A stretch of DNA of 64,000 nt from an uncultured Acidobacteriota bacterium. GTDB lineage: Bacteria; Acidobacteriota; Blastocatellia; RBC074. Position numbers and translations under genes: made by a program. Location: the NCBI GenBank assembly GCA_963796275.1, contig CAWCKY010000003.1, forward strand, positions 992,001 through 1,056,000, in the 5' to 3' direction. Below, in pieces: positions 1-10,163 of the stretch (positions within the stretch are counted from its first letter, which is position 1; each line of letters opens with the position of its first letter). The notes under the pieces were generated by a model. It had not been told where the DNA came from, did not search any database, and saw only the letters and a program-made list of their open reading frames with translations.

Positions 1-506
1 AAGATGACGCGTTGAAATTAGCTATGGTCATCGAATCCGACCGTAACCAAAAACTGATCGAGCAGATCATCAACGATCTCCAGGTTAAGCCTCTGAGCGA
101 GGTCGCGGCTCTACCCTACATCGTTGAACGGATAGGACCCTTGTACCTTCAGCATCTGCGCGCGATTAAGGTCATCAGGCTGAATTCTTCTATGGACGGC
201 CCCGTGGTTTTCTTCGACGTTGCGGATTACGGTTATGAGATGGAAGGATACAGCAAATTCATACCCTACTATCTCTATCCTGACAGCACATATAGCGTGA
301 GCGTCAGCCATTCGACTCACCGCTCAAAGATTTCCGTCGGATCAAATCCGTGGTCACCACATCCGCGAAAACACGATCTGGCCAAAATCTGTGAGCGATA
401 TGGCGGCGGCGGGCACGCGGTCGTGGCTGCGATTTCACTCGCACCGGAGCAGTTGGTAGAGGCGCGTAGGATTGCGGCAGAGATCGTTCGGGAATTGAAG
501 CACTAG
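1..506 (+). CDS. DHH-family phosphoesterase, C-terminal part (5' truncated by window)
   Basis: C-terminal [10 protein letters not shown] motif typical of DHHA1; frame open to window edge. Confidence 0.7.
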   Translation, partial: DDALKLAMVIESDRNQKLIEQIINDLQVKPLSEVAALPYIVERIGPLYLQHLRAIKVIRLNSSMDGPVVFFDVADYGYEMEGYSKFIPYYLYPDSTYSVSVSHSTHRSKISVGSNPWSPHPRKHDLAKICERYGGGGHAVVAAISLAPEQLVEARRIAAEIVRELKH

Positions 507-518
507 ATTCGACTAACC

Positions 519-1010
519 ATGAAACCTGGAAATTTACGTAACAGACGAAAAAGCCATCCGCTGCCACGCTTGCGGGAAATCACGCCGGAGGCACAACTCG
601 AGATTCGTTCTACCCCCAAGCCTGAAATGAATCTCCACCCGCTCGACACTTTTGAGTATGAGTATCCGGGGAGCAGGATCGAGATCAATTTCAGCTCTGC
701 CGAATTCACGGCCATCTGCCCGTTCTCCGACTTCCCCGATTTCGCCACTCTCAATATCCGCTACGTACCCAACCGCCGCTGCATTGAGTTGAAATCACTC
801 AAGCTTTACATCAATTCGTTCCGTCATGTGAAAATCTTCCATGAGCACGCCATCAACCGGATATTGGAAGATTTCGTGGCAGCCTGCGATCCGATCGAGT
901 TCCATATAGAGGGCGATTTCAATGTGCGAGGCAATCTTAAGACCGTAATCAGAGCGAGCTATGTTCAGGAAGGTTCGAAGAAGGTTTCCGTCCGAAATCT
1001 GAAGAACTAA
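519..1010 (+). CDS. queF: preQ1 synthase (7-cyano-7-deazaguanine reductase)
   Basis: [29 protein letters not shown] and HE motifs. Confidence 0.95.
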   Translation: MKPGNLRNRRKSHPLPRLREITPEAQLEIRSTPKPEMNLHPLDTFEYEYPGSRIEINFSSAEFTAICPFSDFPDFATLNIRYVPNRRCIELKSLKLYINSFRHVKIFHEHAINRILEDFVAACDPIEFHIEGDFNVRGNLKTVIRASYVQEGSKKVSVRNLKN

Positions 1011-1067
1011 CCCGCCCATCGCATCGTAGTGGTAATTATTCAAAATATCCAAGAATGGAGACCACCG

Positions 1068-1793
1068 ATGTTCTATTGTCCAAAATGTGCAACTTCAGCC
1101 ATTCCGGGTCAGAGGCACTGCCGAAACTGTGGGATCAAACTCGATTTAATCCAGAACGCAATTGAGGGCAAACAACGTGGGCCGCTGGATTTTGATACGC
1201 TCAAAAAAGACCTGCGCGATCTGGGCTCAAGTTTGCGCACGGGTTTTGAAGAAGCTGGAATAAAGATCAAACAGACGCAGAAGCTCAATAAAAACGCACG
1301 ACCGCTAACGCCTAACATGCCGAACTGGACGAAAGAGTTCAATAAAGCTCTGCGTAAAGTCAAAGCCGCGAACACGCGCAAATATAGTCTGCAACAGGCG
1401 ACCCTCTCGATCTTCGGCGGCGGCGCAATAATTGCCGTCTGGTACCACCTGCTCAATGTCGCCGCAGAATCGGGCCTCCTCCAGAGTATTGAGCTGATCA
1501 TCTTCGAGCAAACCGGCTCCCAGGTGACCGGATTGATACAGGTCGTCAATATACTCTGGTTATTGGGATTGATCCCGATCGCGCGCGGAGTAGCACACCT
1601 GATCAACGGCATCTTTATTGTCCCGCGGAAGGTGGAAGAGCGAGAAGAAGAGAGCTACGCGACACCGGCCTATACCTATAGTTCGCCTGTGGCGGCTGGC
1701 AACGCATCGACAAATGAGCTGCAGGACGAGCCAAACGCTGTTACACCATTGAGCGTGACTGAGGAGGAGACAGTGCGATTCGAACAGAGATAA
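1068..1793 (+). CDS. Zinc-ribbon membrane protein, hypothetical
   Basis: MFYCPKC...HCRNCG, two hydrophobic segments, GGAG before ATG 1068. Confidence 0.75.
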   Translation: MFYCPKCATSAIPGQRHCRNCGIKLDLIQNAIEGKQRGPLDFDTLKKDLRDLGSSLRTGFEEAGIKIKQTQKLNKNARPLTPNMPNWTKEFNKALRKVKAANTRKYSLQQATLSIFGGGAIIAVWYHLLNVAAESGLLQSIELIIFEQTGSQVTGLIQVVNILWLLGLIPIARGVAHLINGIFIVPRKVEEREEESYATPAYTYSSPVAAGNASTNELQDEPNAVTPLSVTEEETVRFEQR

Positions 1794-1862
1794 AGGGGGA
1801 ACAGGGAAGCAAACTTGACGAATAGCCGAGAATCTCGGGTCCCTCACACTGGTTCCCCCTGC

Positions 1863-2990
1863 TCAACTTTTTCTTAGCGAAACATGGTCGACAATTTCCA
1901 GATCGAAGCCTTCCAGCGCGTGTAATTTTGGCGGATGGTTTGACAACAGTCGCAACTTTCGCACGCCCAGTTCGTGTAATATCTGCGCGCCGGTGCCGTA
2001 ATCACGCACGTCGCGCATTTTGTCGGTCTTCTCCTGCTCCCGCGTAACACGTTTTCCCTGATAGCCGCGTAACTGATCGGCCAATCCCACACCGCGCATC
2101 TCCTGCTTGAGATAGAGCACTATTCCATGACCTTCTGCCTCGACGGTCTGCAAGGCGATTTGAAGCTCCGCTCCGTGATCGTCGATAGTGCTGCCGAATA
2201 CATCGCTCAGGACGGATTGCGTGTGGACCCGCACGAGTACCGGTTCATCAGGACTGATCTCGCCCCTGACCATTGCCAGATGGACTTCTCCGTTCAGCAC
2301 GTTTTCGAACGCCACGGCGCGAAATACCCCGTGGATCGTAGGCACCATCGCTTCAGCGATACGGTGCACCAATATTTCGTTCTGAATGCGATAGCGGATC
2401 AGGTCGGCGACGGAGATAATTCGGAGTTGATGTTTGCGCGCGAACTCAACCAGCTGCGGCAGGCGCGACATCGTGCCATCCTCATTCATTATCTCGCAGA
2501 TGACGGCAGCAGGAGTGAGCCCGGCAGTTCGCGCGAGATCGACGCTCGCCTCGGTTTGACCGGGTCGCATCAAGACTCCTCCTTTGCGCGCGCGCAGCGG
2601 AAAGATGTGGCCGGGGCGAACCAGGTCTGCCGCTCTCGATGTCGGATTGACAGCCGTTAGGATGGTCTTAGCGCGATCGGCCGCAGAGATGCCCGTCGTC
2701 ACGCCTGACCGCGCTTCAATCGAAACGGTGAAGGCGGTGTTATAGTTCGAGTTGTTTTCACGCTCCGAAACCTGCAGGGGAAGGTTCAACTCATCGCAGC
2801 GATCTTCGGTCATCGGAAGACAGATCAGCCCGCGACCCTCGCGCGCCATAAAGTTGATAATCTCCGGCGTGACCTTCTCCGCCCCGCACGCCAGGTCGCC
2901 TTCATTTTCGCGATCCTCATCATCGACGATGATGATCATTCTACCGGCACGGAAATCTTCGATTGCTTGTTCGACAGGGGAAAATGCCAT
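1863..2990 (-). CDS. ribB: DHBP synthase fused to degenerate GTP cyclohydrolase II domain (RibBX-like)
   Basis: [27 protein letters not shown]; GCH-II domain lacks the Zn-binding cysteines. Confidence 0.9.
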   Translation of the reverse strand: MAFSPVEQAIEDFRAGRMIIIVDDEDRENEGDLACGAEKVTPEIINFMAREGRGLICLPMTEDRCDELNLPLQVSERENNSNYNTAFTVSIEARSGVTTGISAADRAKTILTAVNPTSRAADLVRPGHIFPLRARKGGVLMRPGQTEASVDLARTAGLTPAAVICEIMNEDGTMSRLPQLVEFARKHQLRIISVADLIRYRIQNEILVHRIAEAMVPTIHGVFRAVAFENVLNGEVHLAMVRGEISPDEPVLVRVHTQSVLSDVFGSTIDDHGAELQIALQTVEAEGHGIVLYLKQEMRGVGLADQLRGYQGKRVTREQEKTDKMRDVRDYGTGAQILHELGVRKLRLLSNHPPKLHALEGFDLEIVDHVSLRKS

Positions 2991-3001
2991 GATAAGAAAT
3001 T

Positions 3002-3646
3002 CTAGTAGCCCATTGAACCGAGGCTCTCTATGGTCAACCCGGCCCCCGGTTCTTTTATGTGCGTTTGCATCATCCTCTCGACATACTTGGCGATGATGTC
3101 AACCTCAAGGTTTACCGGGGAGCCTCTATCGAGACCGCTCAGGTTGGTCACCTTCCAGGTGTGCGGGATGATCGCGATCTCGAACCACTCTTCGCCCAGC
3201 GCCGCCACCGTCAGACTGATCCCGTCGACTGCGATCGAACCTTTTTCGACGATATAGCGGGCGAGATTGACGGGAAACTCTATGCGGACGATCCAGCCAT
3301 CTCCTTCGGCGCGCGCATCAACGAATTTGCCGGTTCCATCGACGTGCCCTTGAACGAGATGGCCGCCGAGCCGTGATGACGGCAGCAGCGGGCGTTCGAG
3401 ATTGACGCGCGTGCCGCCGCGCAAACGGTTCAAACTGGTTCGGCGTAATGTTTCAGCCGAGACGTCCGCGGCCAGCCAGTCAGGACCCAGACCAACGAAG
3501 GTCAGACAAACTCCGTTGACGGCAATGCTATCGCCTTTTTTAGCGTCGCGGACTACCTTCCTGGCTGAGACCTCAAGACGCGCGCCATCGCGGTCGGTAG
3601 TTATCCGGCGAATAGCTCCCATTTCTTCAATGATTCCGGTGAACAT
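3002..3646 (-). CDS. ribE: Riboflavin synthase
   Basis: MFTGII N-terminus, [23 protein letters not shown]. Confidence 0.95.
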   Translation of the reverse strand: MFTGIIEEMGAIRRITTDRDGARLEVSARKVVRDAKKGDSIAVNGVCLTFVGLGPDWLAADVSAETLRRTSLNRLRGGTRVNLERPLLPSSRLGGHLVQGHVDGTGKFVDARAEGDGWIVRIEFPVNLARYIVEKGSIAVDGISLTVAALGEEWFEIAIIPHTWKVTNLSGLDRGSPVNLEVDIIAKYVERMMQTHIKEPGAGLTIESLGSMGY

Positions 3647-4313
3647 AAGAGATTATATCCATAATTCGTTTGACGACTTCATCGATCGTCATCGCGGACG
3701 AGTCGATATAAATCGCATCATCAGTTTGAACGAGCGGCGAATCGAGGCGTGTTACGTCGCGATAATCGCGGTCCTCGATTTCAGCTTTCATTTGGTCGAG
3801 CGATCCGGAGCCGATCCCGCGCCCGGCATTCTCCGCCAACCGGCGCCGGCTGCGCGTGTCCGAAGTAGCGTCGAGGTAAATTTTGACATCAGCCTCCGGA
3901 AACACCTGCGTGGCGATATCACGCCCTTCCATTACCACACCGCCTGCACGCCCCATCTCCCGCTGGCGCGCGACGAGCGCCCGGCGGACTGCGGAGAAGG
4001 CCGATACTTGCGAGGCCGCCCGAGTAACATCGGGCGTGGCGATCTCCTCTGTGATATCGCGACCGTCGATCAACACGCGCATCGAGTCGACATCGCCCTT
4101 CAAATCGATCGAAGCGTCTAGCGCGAGCAGTCCGATGCGATCGGCAGCGTCGAGTGAAATCCCATCGTTCAGCGCTTTCCAGGCCACCGCGCGATACATC
4201 GCGCCGGTATTGATGAAAAGATATCCGAGTTTCTTCGCTATCCGCCTCGCGACCGTACTTTTCCCCGCGCCGGCCGGACCGTCAATAGCGATGATCAATC
4301 TTCGGTGAGTCAC
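3627..4313 (-). CDS. cmk: Cytidylate kinase
   Basis: [24 protein letters not shown]. Confidence 0.95.
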   Translation of the reverse strand: MTHRRLIIAIDGPAGAGKSTVARRIAKKLGYLFINTGAMYRAVAWKALNDGISLDAADRIGLLALDASIDLKGDVDSMRVLIDGRDITEEIATPDVTRAASQVSAFSAVRRALVARQREMGRAGGVVMEGRDIATQVFPEADVKIYLDATSDTRSRRRLAENAGRGIGSGSLDQMKAEIEDRDYRDVTRLDSPLVQTDDAIYIDSSAMTIDEVVKRIMDIISYVHRNH

Positions 4314-4400
4314 CTTAACTCCTCAATGTCGCCGCCCGCGCGGCTGAAAGCGACCTTGCCGAACTACCAGGCGGTAGCCCCGGAAAATTCCAGAGGGAAA

Positions 4401-5432
4401 CTATCTCTCCAATACTTCTCCGACCAATTGCAGGCTACGATCGATCATCTCGCGACTCACGTCGTAATGAGTAACCATACGCATTTCGCGCGCGTTGATG
4501 CCGTTGGCCAGCACGCCGCGCGCTTTCAGTTCGGCGGAGAATTGCGCGGTTGACAAGCCAGTTCCTGAAATGTCGAAAATCACGATGTTCGTCTGCACTC
4601 GTTCCGGATCGATCTTTACTCCGCGCAAATCGGCCAGCCCTTCAGCGAGTCGCTTCGCCTTGTCGTGATCTTCAAATAACATCTGGGGAGACTCTTCGAG
4701 CGCGACCAGACCGGCGGCGGCCAGGACGCCGACCTGGCGCATTCCCCCGCCCAGGAGCTTACGCCAGTTGCGAGCCTCATCTATGAAGTCCTGTCTTCCG
4801 ACGACCATAGAGCCGACAGGAGCGCCCAGCCCCTTCGATAAGCAGAACATGACCGAATCGAACGGGCGAGCTACCTCGGCCACCGTAGTATTGAGCGCCG
4901 CCGCAGAATTGAAAATCCGCGCGCCATCCAGGTGCACGGGCAAGCCGAACTCCCGCGCTCCGTTGCATATCTCTTCGGCTACTTTCAAAGGCATCACCGC
5001 ACCGCCGGCCATATTGTGGCTATTTTCGAGAGCGATAAGCGATGTGGCTGTGACGTAATAGGGGGTTTTTTGATGAATTACGCTGCTCACCGAGCCCCAA
5101 TCGAGCAAGCCATTCTCACCGCGGACAGTGCGAAAAGTCACGCCGGACAAAGCTGCTGCTGCTCCCATCTCATAGTTGTAAATATGGCAGCGTTCTTCCA
5201 CTATGACCTCTGTTCCCGGGCGCGTATGAAGTTTTACGCATATCTGATTACCCATCGTCCCCGATGGGACGAAGAGAGCGGCCTCTTTTTTGAAAATCTC
5301 GGCCGCCATGCTCTGGAGGCGGTTAACAGTCGGGTCTTCGAAATAAACGTCATCGCCGACTTCGGCCTCTGCCATCGCGCGGCGCATTCCGGGGGTGGGT
5401 TTTGTTACTGTGTCGCTCCGTAAATCAATCAT
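4401..5432 (-). CDS. ltaE: Low-specificity L-threonine aldolase
   Basis: [27 protein letters not shown]. Confidence 0.93.
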   Translation of the reverse strand: MIDLRSDTVTKPTPGMRRAMAEAEVGDDVYFEDPTVNRLQSMAAEIFKKEAALFVPSGTMGNQICVKLHTRPGTEVIVEERCHIYNYEMGAAAALSGVTFRTVRGENGLLDWGSVSSVIHQKTPYYVTATSLIALENSHNMAGGAVMPLKVAEEICNGAREFGLPVHLDGARIFNSAAALNTTVAEVARPFDSVMFCLSKGLGAPVGSMVVGRQDFIDEARNWRKLLGGGMRQVGVLAAAGLVALEESPQMLFEDHDKAKRLAEGLADLRGVKIDPERVQTNIVIFDISGTGLSTAQFSAELKARGVLANGINAREMRMVTHYDVSREMIDRSLQLVGEVLER

Positions 5433-5579
5433 TTGTATTCTCCGTCATTTGTATTCTCCGTTTCCATTCTCCAATATCTATCAGCTTCTTCTGTGTTCTT
5501 TCGTAATCTTTCGTAATGAACCTCTCAGTCCGCTAAGTCCGACCGTCGCTCTGTTCATTAAAATCCAGCGATGGGCATA

Positions 5580-6715
5580 TCATAAGAATGCAACGAAAAC
5601 TTCATTCGCCAATACTTTGCCCTTGCGGGAGATAACCATGTTTTCGCCGCTCAATTCGATCAAACCCGCCTCACGCAGTCGCTCCAGCTCGTCTCGATAA
5701 CGATCGACCACGTTCACGCCATACCGGTTTCGATGTTCGATCAGATCGACACCTTTTCTCAAGCGCAGACGCAAAAAGATGGCCTCGCTCTGCCGGTCTT
5801 CATCGTTGAGCTCGGAGCGCTCCACGACAGGAGAAATACCGCCCTCGACCATTTCCAGATACTCGTGGATATTACGCGTATTCGACCACCGGGATTCTCC
5901 ATCATATCCAGCAGCCGAAACTCCGAAAGCCCAGTATGGGGCCCCTGTCCAGTATTTCAGGTTATGGCGGGACTCGAATCCTGGGCGCGCCCAATTTGAT
6001 ATCTCATAGTGCTCAAAACCGGATCGTTCGGCTTCATCCATCAAAACGAAATACATTTCAACAGTCAGTTCATCGTCGATCGCACGCAATTCTCCGCGCT
6101 CGATGCGATGGAGTAGCGGGGCATCCCGGTAAAGTTCCAGCAGATACACAGACAAGTGATCCGGAGCCAGCCCGAACGCTTCGTCCAGATTGGCGCGCCA
6201 TATCTCCATCTTCTGTTCGGGCAGCCCCGCGATGAGGTCGATGCTGATATTCTCGAATCCCGCAGCCCTGGACATCTGAACTGCCGAGCGTGCGTCTTGC
6301 GCTGTATGTGTGCGCCCGATCATTTGCAATTCAAGATCACTGAACGATTGCACACCGAAGCTTACGCGATTGATTCCGATTGCGCGCAGTCTTCCGAGAT
6401 AATCCGCGGTGACGGATCCGGATTGGCTTCAATAGTGATTTCGGCGCCCGGATCGATTTCGAATTTTTTATGACAGGTCTCAACCAGACTCGATATCTGT
6501 TCGGTGGAGAGGGTAGTGGGCGTGCCGCCGCCGAAGTACAGTGTATCAACCGAGGTCATCCCCGGATTTGGCGTTATATTTTCAATTTCTCGCCCGAGAG
6601 CGGCGACATAGCGTCGCGCCACGTCCGATTCGTAACCTCCAGTGGCAAAATTGCAGTAGTGGCAACGTGTTGCACAAAAAGGTATATGTAAATAGATACC
6701 TGCCGGCTCGTTCAT
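5580..6715 (-). CDS. hemW: Radical SAM heme chaperone HemW, frameshifted near 6420
   Basis: [16 protein letters not shown] and GGGTPT in 6362..6715; HYEISNW/HNLKYW in 5580..6353; one added G restores [30 protein letters not shown]. Confidence 0.9.
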
Positions 6716-7265
6716 AAAGGTAAACAGTATAGCATTTTACCGCGAATATCCGCCCGCTGATAATTTTTGTTCTGTTTTCTTGCAGGAAATTTCTATGGAG
6801 TTTCGCCGCTCATAAGCATATAATCATCTGACTGACAATGTGATTTATGCCGGGGCTTCTCGATTTGCGGTTAGACGAGCCCGGATCAAATCAAGTCGAA
6901 CGTATCAGACTTTAAGTAGTTCAAGGAAGTTAGGCAGACAGATCATTTCGACGCTTCATCGTCGAAATATTGCACATCTTTGCTGATCCGATGCGAGCAT
7001 ATAGGCGTCAACGCCTGGATCAGCGTGTGGCCCATGGGGCCATTGGTGGTATCTCCCCCTGCTGTTGATTAATATCCGGCGCCAAGGAAACGTGCTGAAG
7101 AACCTTGTTCTGCTCATGCTTGCTGAGCTTTGTTCGGTTCTTTCAGCCAATATAATTGGGTAGTAGGTAGGCAAGTATTCAGTAGCAGATTTCTGGAGGG
7201 CACAAGTCTCCTTCAGGAGCCTGCGACCGATTACCTCCTCCTATTTCCATGAGGAGACCCCCCCA

Positions 7266-7424
7266 ATGCAAATTTTCGCCACCCTTTTCCTGCAGATCGA
7301 AGATAGACCGGATCTGACCTTCAACTACATCATCATTGCGATTCTATTAGTCATCGCGGCTATTCTGAGCATTGTCGTCGTACGTCGTCGCATCCGCGAA
7401 CGCGACGATGATTGGGAGAATTGA
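7266..7424 (+). CDS. Small single-pass membrane protein, 52 aa, not in ORF track
   Basis: GAGGAG at 7251-7256; MQIFATLFLQIEDRPDLTFNYIIIAILLVIAAILSIVVVRRRIRERDDDWEN; TM helix followed by basic residues. Confidence 0.7.
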   Translation: MQIFATLFLQIEDRPDLTFNYIIIAILLVIAAILSIVVVRRRIRERDDDWEN

Positions 7425-7508
7425 TTGTGTAGGAGATAGCTCCAGGTTTTTCAAAAACACTATGCAGTGCTAGAATAATTCTCGAAGAATCAAAAAGGTT
7501 TCAGAGAC

Positions 7509-7967
7509 ATGGGTGAAATGTCGAAAGAGAAAGAGATATTCTTCGAGCATTTGCGTCGCGCGGGGTTCAAGAAGACCGCACAGCGGGAGTTGATCCTCGA
7601 AGTTTTTCTCAAAACAGAAGGGCACCTGAGCGCTGAAGATCTGTATCATCTTGTCAAAGTTGAAGACCCAAGCGTCGGGTTTACAACAGTCTATCGCACG
7701 CTCAAGTTATTGCATGAATGCGGTCTGGCGCGGGAAGAGAGACTGGGAGATGGCCGCAAGCGATATGAGCATGAATACAATCATCAGCATCACGATCATT
7801 TGATCTGCACCGACTGCGGCCGGCTGATCGAGTTTTACAGCGAGGTCATCGAGAAAAAACAGGATGAGATCGCTGCTCAATTCAATTTCAAGCCTACGCG
7901 TCATAGTCTGCGCATCTTCGGGATCTGCTCGAATTGCGAGGCCAAACGTAAAATCGCCGGTCGTTAA
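7509..7967 (+). CDS. fur: Fur-family transcriptional regulator
   Basis: [29 protein letters not shown]. Confidence 0.92.
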   Translation: MGEMSKEKEIFFEHLRRAGFKKTAQRELILEVFLKTEGHLSAEDLYHLVKVEDPSVGFTTVYRTLKLLHECGLAREERLGDGRKRYEHEYNHQHHDHLICTDCGRLIEFYSEVIEKKQDEIAAQFNFKPTRHSLRIFGICSNCEAKRKIAGR

Positions 7968-7981
7968 GCTCAGAATTTGGC

Positions 7982-8401
7982 GTGGGAACGGTAGTCCCTC
8001 AGCAGAAGTCTATCGTGAGAACGTACAATCGCCGGCACAAGTTGATCTTGCTGCTGCCCTATTTTTGTTTAATGGGCGCCTGTCTGAACAACTCTTCGTC
8101 AGGTGATCAGGAGCGGCTCGGTCTGGACACTACCAGCGTTGAAGCGTTTATGCCGGAACGCATACGCGTCATTTTCAAGCGCAGTTGCGAATCGTGCCAT
8201 GGCATCGACGGGCAGGGAATCGCTGGGATCGCTCCGGCATTGAGGTGCGGCAGCCGCCGCAGTATTGATGAATGGGGAAGATACTTGCGCGAATCGCGCC
8301 ATGCCCATCCGGTTGCCCAGGAGCCGCCCATCTGGCTCGATCCTGATGAGGTAGACGCTGCGGCTGAATATCTAGCTGTAATAAACCACGGGAAAACCTA
8401 G
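7982..8401 (+). CDS. Monoheme c-type cytochrome, possible lipoprotein
   Basis: CESCH motif; hydrophobic N-terminus with LMGAC. Confidence 0.75.
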   Translation: MGTVVPQQKSIVRTYNRRHKLILLLPYFCLMGACLNNSSSGDQERLGLDTTSVEAFMPERIRVIFKRSCESCHGIDGQGIAGIAPALRCGSRRSIDEWGRYLRESRHAHPVAQEPPIWLDPDEVDAAAEYLAVINHGKT

Positions 8402-8433
8402 CGCCGGGATGCCGACGCGTAATTATCCGGGTT

Positions 8434-8598
8434 ATGACGATTCAAAATATTTCAGATATCCGAACGAGACTACGCGGTGAAGCAGCAGGTCTTGCCGTGA
8501 GGTTAAAGAACGCGTGGCGCATTGTGCGCGACGTTTTGCGCGGCTATTCCAGCGGACAGCCGGCAGATGAATCGCGACCGCGCAAAGGTTGCTGTTAA
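8434..8598 (+). CDS. Small 54-aa protein ending in Cys-Cys, not in ORF track
   Basis: MTIQNISDIRTRLRGEAAGLAVRLKNAWRIVRDVLRGYSSGQPADESRPRKGCC; fills the gap between co-oriented genes; RBS weak. Confidence 0.5.
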   Translation: MTIQNISDIRTRLRGEAAGLAVRLKNAWRIVRDVLRGYSSGQPADESRPRKGCC

Positions 8599-8640
8599 TA
8601 AGATTTGAGATTCGAATTTTGAGATTGATAATTTGAAATA

Positions 8641-9531
8641 ATGATTCCGATGAACGCAGAGATTGAGAGCCTGGTCGAACGCATCACCGACCAGGTTATC
8701 GCGCGCCTCAATGCCGAGGGGAACAATTTTTGGGGACAGGACGATTGCGCTCCCTGCAGCCCGCATCATATCGCGTGCGCGCTCAGGGCCGGGGCTTCCC
8801 GAATCGGACTCGCCCCTGGTCAGTCGGCGGGTGCGGCGGCCGATGTCGCCGGGTATATCGATCACACGCTGCTCAAGCCTGACGCAACGCGCGCTGAAAT
8901 CGAGAAGCTGTGCGAGGAGGCGCGCGCTTACAACTTCGCCTCCGTCTGCATCAATCCGGTTTGGGTAAAAGAATGCGCCTTCGCTCTCTACGGATCGCCG
9001 GTGAAGGCCTGCACCGTGGTGGGTTTTCCATTGGGCGCCACTCTGGCCGACGTCAAAGCATACGAGACGCGGAGAGCGATCTTCGACGGCGCGACCGAGA
9101 TAGATATGGTGATCAATATCGGAGCGCTCAAATCGGGAGACAATGATACTGTTAAGCGCGACATCAGCGCTGTAGTTGAGGCGGCGCACGATGCCTGTGC
9201 GATCGTTAAAGTGATCATCGAAACCGCATTGCTCACCGACGAGGAGAAGATACGCGCCTGTTTGCTGGCGAAGGATGCTTCGGCAGATTTCGTTAAAACA
9301 TCAACCGGTTTCGCCAAGGGAGGCGCAACCGTCTCCGACATCGAATTGATGCGGCGAACGGTGGGCGCCGAGATCGGCGTAAAAGCGGCAGGCGGCGTAA
9401 AAGACCTGGCAGCGGCGCGCGAGATGATCGCCGCGGGCGCGACCCGTATCGGCGCCAGCGCCGGCATCAAAATCGTTCAGGAATTACAAGGCCGGAAGCC
9501 GGTCACTCAGAGTACACCTGGAAGCTACTGA
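8641..9531 (+). CDS. deoC: Deoxyribose-phosphate aldolase with N-terminal extension
   Basis: [39 protein letters not shown]. Confidence 0.95.
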   Translation: MIPMNAEIESLVERITDQVIARLNAEGNNFWGQDDCAPCSPHHIACALRAGASRIGLAPGQSAGAAADVAGYIDHTLLKPDATRAEIEKLCEEARAYNFASVCINPVWVKECAFALYGSPVKACTVVGFPLGATLADVKAYETRRAIFDGATEIDMVINIGALKSGDNDTVKRDISAVVEAAHDACAIVKVIIETALLTDEEKIRACLLAKDASADFVKTSTGFAKGGATVSDIELMRRTVGAEIGVKAAGGVKDLAAAREMIAAGATRIGASAGIKIVQELQGRKPVTQSTPGSY

Positions 9532-9663
9532 AAAGAATTGATAATAATAGTTCGTATAGATTGTGGCAAACACTTCATACGAACTATCAACTATCAATTC
9601 TTTTGTTGACGCTTTCGCGGCTTGTTTGCTAGGATCACGTTTTCTTTCGCAAGAGGGAAATAA

Positions 9664-9735
<72 letters not shown>

Positions 9736-9768
9736 TGCATTTTGCGGACAAAAAAATGAGCCGTGACG

Positions 9769-10083
9769 CTACGGTTTGGGGCGGCGGAGCAATAGTGTTA
9801 AGTGAAACGCACGATGATCACCACCAGCGCCAGTTTGATCTGACCAAACTACTTCATCAAATCCCTGCCGACCAAGCTCGATGAGGGCATTATTCACCTC
9901 CTTAGCATTTACCCCATTGTTAGTCACTACGCGGTATTCCCATCGCTGTGGGGTTGCCTGCGCTGCGACTGCTGGCTCGAGTGTCTTAGCAGAGAGATGA
10001 ATGGATCTGATGCCAAGAGTGGCGGTGAACACACAACCAGCCGCAAATATGATGATCGCCAACACGAAATTTCTAATATTCAT
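9769..10083 (-). CDS. Small exported hypothetical protein (DUF4177-like WEYRV motif)
   Basis: Signal-like N-terminus, QRWEYRVV...LGRQG; AAGGAG RBS. Confidence 0.6.
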   Translation of the reverse strand: MNIRNFVLAIIIFAAGCVFTATLGIRSIHLSAKTLEPAVAAQATPQRWEYRVVTNNGVNAKEVNNALIELGRQGFDEVVWSDQTGAGGDHRAFHLTLLLRRPKP

Positions 10084-10163
10084 GCCTGCTCCTTTCGTGG
10101 CTGATCGTAACGAAATAGGGGCATCGCCGCCTGACAAATCCTGACACGTTCTGAATCATCACT

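Noticed and set aside
3402-4121. Long antisense ORFs in the track (also 8503..9189, 34356..35156, 38590..40146, 46690..47391)
   Set aside because: They overlap well-supported genes on the opposite strand and lack motifs; expected in GC-rich DNA
5432-5462. Short direct repeat TTTGTATTCTCCGT upstream of ltaE
   Set aside because: Two copies only, spanning the RBS; likely a local duplication with no further support
6982-7041. Hammerhead ribozyme or known riboswitch
   Set aside because: CUGAUGA and GAAA core absent; no aptamer consensus recognised; kept only as a generic structured-leader candidate
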